In this document: in pieces, positions 61,601 to 64,000 of the stretch
Numbering within the stretch: position 1 is the first letter of the stretch
Layout of the letters: every line of letters starts with the position of its first letter
Program-made: the position numbers and the translations under genes
Notes under the pieces: model-generated
What the model saw: the letters and a program-made list of their open reading frames with translations, nothing else
What the model was told of the DNA's origin: nothing
Database searches by the model: none
Assembly: GCA_043814985.1 (NCBI GenBank)
Contig: JBDRJK010000001.1
Location: 34,436-98,435 of the forward strand
Direction: 5' to 3'
Length of the DNA: 64,000 bases
Source of the DNA: Candidatus Aenigmatarchaeota archaeon
GTDB taxonomy: Archaea > Aenigmatarchaeota > Aenigmatarchaeia > Aenigmatarchaeales > Aenigmatarchaeaceae

Positions 61601-64000
61601 AACATAAGCAGTGAATTCAGTTTAAACTTGACAACATATCCGTTGCAGGTGAATGTGATACAACCAATAAACAACCAGATATACTTGAGGAGCATAGAAA
61701 ACATCCTGGTTAAAGGTAATGTTACTGATGATTGTTCTGCTAGTTTGGGAATAGGTGTTGTCAATGCAAGCGTGATATTCACAGCAGAAAAGCAAGACAT
61801 AGCATTTGCTAGTTCAAGCCCACTACTGTGTACAGTATACAATGAGAGTGATGGGGAATACAACTGTACTATTCTTAACACGACACACAACCAATCAGAA
61901 TGGGATTATGGAATCTATAACATAACAATGAATGCTACAAAAAATTACTATAATAATTCCGCGACAACAACCGAACAAAATTCATTCACCTTAGGAAGCG
62001 AACCTGAACTTACAAGTGTGACTGTCTCTTCAGACCAGGGAGGTTCAACTGGAGGTTGGGGAGAGACTTGGCTTTATTCTGCCAATATAAGAGACAAGGA
62101 TTCAAACACAGTAAATGTTAGTTTGTGGGCTTACAACCTAAGCGGGACTAGTGTATGGGAGTTGCTTAACTCAACTTCATGCCCTGGAGCATTATGTGCA
62201 AACCCAACAACAAGCTTCCAAACTGTTACATTCGACGGGCATACATTTGCATGTTCCAACTTAGAAAGTTTGCTCTCAAGAGGAGTGACATTCAAGTTTA
62301 ATGCTTCAGACACTCTCAACTATACCAATGAGTCCTCTAATAGCACATTCACTTTAGAAAGGGACAATACTCTAACACAGTTTGTTCCTGGTGATTCTGG
62401 AGGAAGTGTGAATAGGGAAGGTGATAATACAGTAAGCCTTGTAGTTCAAATACAGGACGAAGACAAAGGATACATAAATGTTGGTGGAAGCGTTAGTTCA
62501 AAAATATTTGTTACCTACAATGGAACAGAATGGGATTCAGGAGGAGATGAAACAACTAACAGCAGCGGTTTTGTAAACTATGATTTCAACGCAACATGTG
62601 CTTATGAGACTGGTATAAAGACCTGGAGGGGTGGACCTTATAATGACTTGTGTTACAAACCAAGCAATTCAACAGACAGAAATGTTTCTGTTTGGGGACA
62701 GTTGAAGAACAACTTAGATTTGCCAGCATACGGTTCGAACTACTTTACTGGAGAGCCAGTATCAATAAGGTTCAACACGACTTCTGACTGTTCAGGGGAA
62801 GGCTTGATAGCCAATGCAACCCCAGGAGCAATTGAGCTAAGCCTAGCAGGCTCAACTTGGTTGAATTGTACAGGATACACCAATGAATATGATGGATGGT
62901 ACAATTGTACATGGACAGACTCTGTACAGACACCAGGAGAATGGGACATAAGATTCAATTCCAGCAAATCATCAGACTATTACAATTCTAATTCAACTGT
63001 CTATGCTGACTGGTTCAATTTGAGCAATTCAGGACCAACTTACAATAATCAAACCGTTTCACCATCAAGCAACGGATGGGGAGCTTCGTTCAATTATTCT
63101 GTAAACGTTACTGACCTTGATTCAGATGCTGTGAACTGTACATTATTCACATACACCAATGGTGCCTGGTCGAACAGAGGATTTGTAAATGTTTCTCCTT
63201 CATATCCAAAGACTTGTTCAATAATTGTTAATGATTTCACATGTAATGACATTGGAACTGATAACTGGTTTAAGTGGCAATTAGCAGATGAGATAAATGT
63301 AGCCAACACCACAAACTCTTCAGGACCAAACATAACTGCAAACTCAATACAACTGATTCATGTTTACGGCAACAACCAAGAGGTAAACAGGACTTATGGA
63401 AATCTTGATCTAGATGTATTTGTAAATGACACTACCAAGAACCAGGGTGTTGGGAGTGGAGGAAGCCCAACAGCTAGTGTCTACTTCAATATTACAACAG
63501 ACGGGACAAATTACATAACTGAAGGCTCTGACACAACCTCAAGTGGCAATGCAAGTATTAATTTTGCTCCGACATGTAGCGATTATTCTGTAGGTGAACA
63601 AAATTGGTTTACCTATGTTGCTGGAGACAGCTGTTACATTGATCAAAATTCATCTACATTCAACTTGACAATAAACGGTAGTGTAAGCCTAATTATTAAT
63701 TCGCCTGACGGCGAGAAGTATCTGAGAGGCGAGAACAACACCTTGCTGAGGGGCAATGTTACTGATGATTGTGGTCTATCATTTAATAGTTCAATAGTCA
63801 ACTTCACTGCAATACACCGGGACAGTTCAACTGAGTACATGTGCTCTTCCAACAATAACGAGGGCGATGGGAACTACAACTGTACTGTTCTAAATACGAC
63901 ACATGACAGCTGGAGTGCCAAGGGATATGATGTCAAGTTCAATGCAACTGCCGATTATTACAATTACAATGAGACAACGCAGACATGTTTGCCAGGAACA
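46598..64000 (+). CDS. Giant (>5800 aa, truncated by window end) repetitive cell-surface glycoprotein / adhesin-like protein
   Basis: ATG at 46598 (MKSSTKSGQSQLLIPLLLIISSAMVFA); the same frame still reads NYNETTQTCLPGT at 64000; the track lists no ORF ending in this frame; recurring GWG modules. Confidence 0.92.
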   Translation, partial: MKSSTKSGQSQLLIPLLLIISSAMVFATNVTLNLTKNTTPSGAFVGIPNSTNETNNSQEFVFPIEVWAETYIGMNIDGNVVKAHLFLDNQTKIENHQINLYLNGVFFGSDLTDVEGIAEFTVSEFGEYKIFAVFEGRDFLNPSEINLTEIIQENEVIFEILGTEQGDIEIGEPVKWEKKFRLFNPNDRDALADFELDFPEDAFSVNVAEKDTKKMLNLIKKSIREWLKANESREYMLEYFTDSPVVIEELVNKYKKVINISSPIHYENVPVYTDIEETSQDSIRIYWIVDGERVDITNNPSFNVIFIDSNGNGLIDRVEWVVPHLSDQIFEISITVLNVDTLVRDGDNWVVAFNTTGTANLTINSTNAGWTEFLTDNTSTFDEMLLLDINCGNVSLKDSLQLIDEFDNVYNYSDLTANDTIDIKHLFVENYSCNDTGLISNNMLKAGYAALQFTFGDQIAYAYDAAVVCNWSTDTVNWADQQGGGGSAWGTSNTTWNLGYNCSEAGGPSTGCYIANITINMYGASASPASGGLGFVIFSNDSTQFFPLAINVGGAYTYGPVDSCGANNNYTGGTGYPGSTPNSTPNTCNISFTDWFNVTSYTVNWYIPGKGSVSIPTISYQWCWEDALPKLDNPAVNGTQSGYSAGWGSIFNFSVEIWEPQGSESNVSLWYTPTAGTGWMFAGSRNDTSPPTSSPGNLTNFTINYSCSGGTITDSLSNDLGVVGAAKYYKFNATDPYSNKNDTFDSYGNIYFTPTKDDVNVVNETPTANIIINRSDTTDFVVEVYDREKQSYGSGQSGKIWVSTYEYDQNTSYLVSTNSTGHLVQTFTNAIWCGDEKYYLGVHKWSGGTDSDSCVQNNVTESSNFTLLGSLYNTLNIPDGSSNFTQAQTIDFTASVADDCSVGRTATSTINITMVNNDTEYFCIASAAGECSISTDISFPTGWYNVTIVSNKSYHNDGYSIDQDVFYLLPYRNVFNESVNPDSAYWSYPNWNFSVLATSGDNDQMNVSLYLRKQGESYSECTGCFNQTPTICVNCENQSVFWYRNFTEPDSGSNWYYQFRMYNNLTGELEDQTTEHSFYVDSIPDEKIYLENVTQSPSSGQWGGTPFTFNITVNTTGINNVSVFLWTSDSATGPWSLVEYQNYTIPPGGWQIINYTTYFDCNDIDTDKYFFFNATNYNMSTNTTTPQSFEITRDRIELDYYWGHDSTANRSGDQTDFLLFRATNVNGSDMGSFPIKYSVTSGNSTETYYTDNNFVTNTNSTGFAEFYFNATCLNDYIGAPKFQVREQQWKAQLNDSELDCYYQNDSSDIWYRNMSVMGNILITLSNPDGTENVTQENIMTFLGSSDDDCGDSLKLNYTFGYEEIKYYANNTPTTGFDCGNSTLIGANAYRCYWQTDTDTPVQDYNASMFVNRIGYYPNQTLDDASRGWLFYVDALRQFTNISVVPSSALWDTTDWNFSVIATSGDYNNETIVLQLKQGAGAWQNCEDALAQCYNMTPTNCTHCINETYFWHANFTADDAGTWFYKFQMNNSDTYVIDEETTGTDSFDVLASDVKIYMENVTKYPTTGSWGGGNFTFNVTVNTSGINNVSVFLWTSNSSTGPWTLIEEQNYTIPPGDWQQFNFSNAYYCDDIGTNYFFFNATNYNLSTNMTSPQSFTVTKDTVILEYIEGNNTIANRSGSQTQNLSIRLSDGNGTYLTDFNMTYYVETNSFEYDSGNNVTSDSSGYANYSFEPTCSGPRYEVGNQNWKTAALEQQCYQTNDTDTAGFALNLTVMGDFNISFNYPETVNQSLGDQVIFESVIKDNCNVELGGIEVRYNATNENFNDECSLVTSPATGLYRCFEGGTNGWDSTGARQGWYNATINATKDFYWNNVTTKAEEGLGHFYLYRKPTLSGDIVVPSIGGWALDRNFSVNVTDDPIDNVTVFLWHRSSGGTGNVWEQISTSKLCSDCDNTNVNWTDVSYNCSFASAGGSVDYKFNATDLDLNNTEASGSFTVNYDNVSVTNITPVATATINRTDTTSFIIGLYDLDNSTSPNNTQSKIWFTTTDAATWESDVAAPTIYSNSTGHLNRSMTASGWTNLLGCDNTYSLGVHYWKGGSYGSNCPPGLVDNITSSIIFTLMGELSNTIYWPVGTQNYTVGSGIHLNGTVVRDSSCGAATGISVLYNITNGTHAYSCDGVHRGNGVYNCSWDSSDKATGWYNITMISYGSNYHNGTDVQSDAFYLRSGIQLEDISMEPVGGGSYGYSPFNFTVNVTSSDNENVTVYLYLQNVSGWFLENQSSCVSCDNTYFKFSKDYDCSNIGSWDYKFNATSVTGAVNNSLSSNSFTVTTDTISINYGSGNESYVNRSNTNPEYEIPLVVQVWDTVKNELTTDITLSNINAYVTTSGSSWMELSGGLGTVVNNTTHFNVTFDPNCSFSAGKRNWKFNISGETCYGDAESSNYNVTVVGNLSAYYMSPTGGAIYDLGDNVPLLGNLTDECSNDIINSNVGFQLNSSPSTSYFCTSPGNVTGNFYSCDWDSNSYDVGYYNVTMISWNDSYVNGTDFETDAIEIKSIPDLDVADVNPRAEGWVKTFNFTVNVSDNAGDTVNVYLWESTDGSEPWIQIGGINNCTTCVNETMTWNKTYICDDVGNNRVFKFNSTDTEGNNYSTSLVAGDYVGGSNTFNIEKNNIGIEYIIGNETNASTVDPALFIVRVYDIDNSSSYYMTPSIDISFNVTKQGLSNTFFTVGSNTSNATGHIIYYFTPDSSFASVKQNWTAFTSAGEGCYKLNQSDYYNVTTQTHVPKIENETVDPQVGGWGDARQFNVSIYDANDTAVVRLWKSTSTGGPWTFVAYQNYTDVGNWENVSFLINFTCTDYRTEPWYFKLNVSDDFNNTNSTDTPEPENNYTVNKDAVIFEEFYGNNSTANRIGSQTDLLSLRLRDGNGTYLTDFNATFYVTTDGVSWPGSGVVNQSNSSGYVHYNFNPICSPKNQVGDQMWKVEVGDSCYQTNSTNTSDLFLNLTVMGNINLTFTRPDGTTNYTQEDPILFQGYTYDDCGGAIAPTVKFYANNSTDYGFDCGSVQKIGENVFECTWQTQITTPRGWYNTTMDANITGHYNNFSINSGTSGLFYLNPIYKIENILGTPTTDGWGYTNWNFSAIISSGDPDTSYPLEIFMNKGSPDFTTACSGSTCFNQTTVECIYPECVNKTVFWYRNFSYNDQGTWFFKLSLAAEETSGNDIVTVVKDDILINHSFGNGESVNRSGDQSKLLVVFVNDTDRNLSAANPFVNVYFNVTNNTASNYLIYGANSTNTTGYSNATFNPNCDYSNGTQNWFSYVSGDSNYNDANSSIFNITIYGDLNPSEIRTYNTTHETNYFFHGQNVNITGIVEDDCGNRISNETGINVTFEVFKNNTYPASADTYCFDVTYLGNGIYSCLWDTKTYENDTYKIRMDASNVSFHNNGTYSKPGAFGLNVPPNTPPVVSDGSVTPDPGGWGSTFNFSVNVTDGDEFQNVTVHFWESPDGSEPWTLIEDQTCTDCVNTTVKTVYFSKNDYSCQQIGIRYYKFNATDNSSEANAGSDSDDGPYSFNLTRDNVEFINPVGSAGTVNRSGSQDIFLAVRINDTTKGVLVESNVTAGRFWITYDELNWNSGSSNRTSNSSSYVNYTFDPTCTPTRYNVSNAQQWKVGVLNDSCYIDANSSNYTLTIKGDLTNSMISPDGDDVFYDLNNITFEGNITSDCGDNSINDANVTFSISHQASTYYGSPDPANNNGTFYNATHNVTGTPGGNYSFTMNSSRNLYNPDTDTLSNAFHHQIDPQLTSDYVSPVTGSWGTTFSFYTAVTDDDDDVNLTLWVRCTGGNTTFNPLFDCNESSDFKAWGSPSSQICADCVSQQMNSNWTTSIAGHIGDYEWFFNSSDNYGGSNNTTIKTFNVTRRNVYFNVSQGNSSNVSRIGSNNTLLQVRLFDAFNDAGLSGFSVKFYVTLDGAIWDSSVSNTTYSGGYGDYYFNPTCPSPFFKTGRQWWKTTFDQTNAYNTGNSVNYTVDINSTLNGTVIYPTGQIVFSQGDTVEIIANLEDECEYIDNADSVVFRAYPGSWSCAPEPAENLNNGTYNCTLATGSLGTDIYNLTINSSKSYYYDGYDVEQNAFEIRKAPVLANHSITPTAEGWGYNYTINLTVQDQDLGDVDNVTLWKSVGGGDWEFVQSQNCSSCTAETTKTFYPQFNCTDYTNGPNINLKFNSSDSYGLADETSNFSVTFQKDNVSFTIVEGGGTVNRETDTKWFIVIVNDSDRNNDTIDNSQEVVDGKYWFSYSSVPIFDEGHDVQTNASGHMSHEFAPNCTYQVGTEYWYVETTGNDCYADTATSQTGNTYVLKGQLKTNLFEPVQYSEFNVTQNITFRWNVYSDCSNEGNITGVTNTIDLNNFDNTSTCSSPQEEGASGVYNCTWNSTGEPEGNWTVNVTSEKNPSLEYNTNYSSYQDWFFLNNKNATGVNPLVNPPNGGWGVSYRYNITVNDSENDTVSCSLYTNTSGSWVYRGINDIVTPGNCSIVVDNFTCSDQGTGQYYFMINDTYNTINTSETLGTTSGPSIGRDEVSVTLVQSGGYPDYNVNRSGGQNTTLMLLVNDTIRNQVTNDTNVTFWVTTDRVSYDSGNVVNTNETGHAIYVFNPNCSAPFYDVGNQTWIGGTNDYCYNDTNTTANFSLMLWGDLINTVIEPTSGFTVLRGNNTTIRVNVTDDCSAAVNIDTINLTSIQEPNEYGCSPILNETGTGFYNCTFNTSSPSLMPARYYKINVNTTKQNHTFGDMNETDAFFIETEPVLTNESVTPEQAGWGSTYTFTVNFTDEDLDTSTVTVWFRKCTDENCTAYSPDWSGANSISNSTVTGIGTSVSFNKNWVCGDIGYWQYKFNSSDSRSYVNETAVHQFNLTRDAISIEHYYGDNSTSNRSIPESQMLTVRVLDIDRGYYIHGGGLPSTVNGKILITNDTVSNFLTVFSDVASSGGGYLNRTWTPNCTFEIGPQKWKATMENDGCYQDNISSEFSLNLTTYPLQVNVIQPINNQIYLRSIENILVKGNVTDDCSASLGIGVVNASVIFTAEKQDIAFASSSPLLCTVYNESDGEYNCTILNTTHNQSEWDYGIYNITMNATKNYYNNSATTTEQNSFTLGSEPELTSVTVSSDQGGSTGGWGETWLYSANIRDKDSNTVNVSLWAYNLSGTSVWELLNSTSCPGALCANPTTSFQTVTFDGHTFACSNLESLLSRGVTFKFNASDTLNYTNESSNSTFTLERDNTLTQFVPGDSGGSVNREGDNTVSLVVQIQDEDKGYINVGGSVSSKIFVTYNGTEWDSGGDETTNSSGFVNYDFNATCAYETGIKTWRGGPYNDLCYKPSNSTDRNVSVWGQLKNNLDLPAYGSNYFTGEPVSIRFNTTSDCSGEGLIANATPGAIELSLAGSTWLNCTGYTNEYDGWYNCTWTDSVQTPGEWDIRFNSSKSSDYYNSNSTVYADWFNLSNSGPTYNNQTVSPSSNGWGASFNYSVNVTDLDSDAVNCTLFTYTNGAWSNRGFVNVSPSYPKTCSIIVNDFTCNDIGTDNWFKWQLADEINVANTTNSSGPNITANSIQLIHVYGNNQEVNRTYGNLDLDVFVNDTTKNQGVGSGGSPTASVYFNITTDGTNYITEGSDTTSSGNASINFAPTCSDYSVGEQNWFTYVAGDSCYIDQNSSTFNLTINGSVSLIINSPDGEKYLRGENNTLLRGNVTDDCGLSFNSSIVNFTAIHRDSSTEYMCSSNNNEGDGNYNCTVLNTTHDSWSAKGYDVKFNATADYYNYNETTQTCLPGT
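48480..64000 (+). repeat. ~17 diverged tandem protein modules (mostly ~1.0 kb / ~335 aa) within the giant ORF
   Basis: GWG-type motifs near 48536, 49553, 49901, 50945, 51302, 52304, 53318, 54296, 54980, 55973, 57005, 58010, 59015, 60014, 60995, 62058, 63077. Confidence 0.85.

Noticed and set aside
46528..63855. Many 60-120 aa ORFs listed in the track across the last 17 kb
   Set aside because: All are antisense or off-frame shadows of the giant ORF.
48480..64000. Possible CRISPR array or DGR template/variable repeat in the repetitive region
   Set aside because: Repeats are ~1 kb, in-frame and diverged, including at synonymous sites; no short identical repeats with spacers, no obvious adenine-only differences, and no reverse transcriptase or cas genes in the window.
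46598..64000. Alternative genetic code or non-coding desert as the explanation for the empty ORF track
   Set aside because: The standard code gives one open frame; it is absent from the track only because its stop lies beyond the window.

Overview
A 64-kb, AT-rich, gene-dense archaeal chromosome segment. Gene content and style suggest a DPANN archaeon, possibly Aenigmarchaeota-like (inference, not tested). Bases 1-44 kb hold a type IV pilus-like operon (4 class III signal-peptide proteins, a secretion ATPase split by a one-base frameshift, 2 TadC/FlaJ-type platform proteins), aIF-1A/NMD3/KH, topoisomerase VI A/B, tRNA-Phe, an intron-containing tRNA-Arg, tRNA splicing endonuclease, a CBS-HPF protein, an ABC exporter, Gly/Trp/Phe/Leu-tRNA synthetases, a short Cdc6-like ATPase, MinD, a decayed TnpB element with a recognisable omega-RNA end, and the ftsZ-secE-spt5-rpl11 cluster. 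The main feature is missing from the ORF track: a + strand reading frame opening at 46598 and still open at the window end (>5800 aa). It encodes a giant Cys- and N-glycosylation-sequon-rich surface protein built from ~1-kb 'GWG' modules. It overlaps the end of a membrane-anchored winged-HTH protein gene, which faces a divergent coiled-coil/HTH gene across palindrome-rich DNA. Three unannotated microproteins and several homopolymer-linked frameshifts were also found. No CRISPR array or rRNA was seen.
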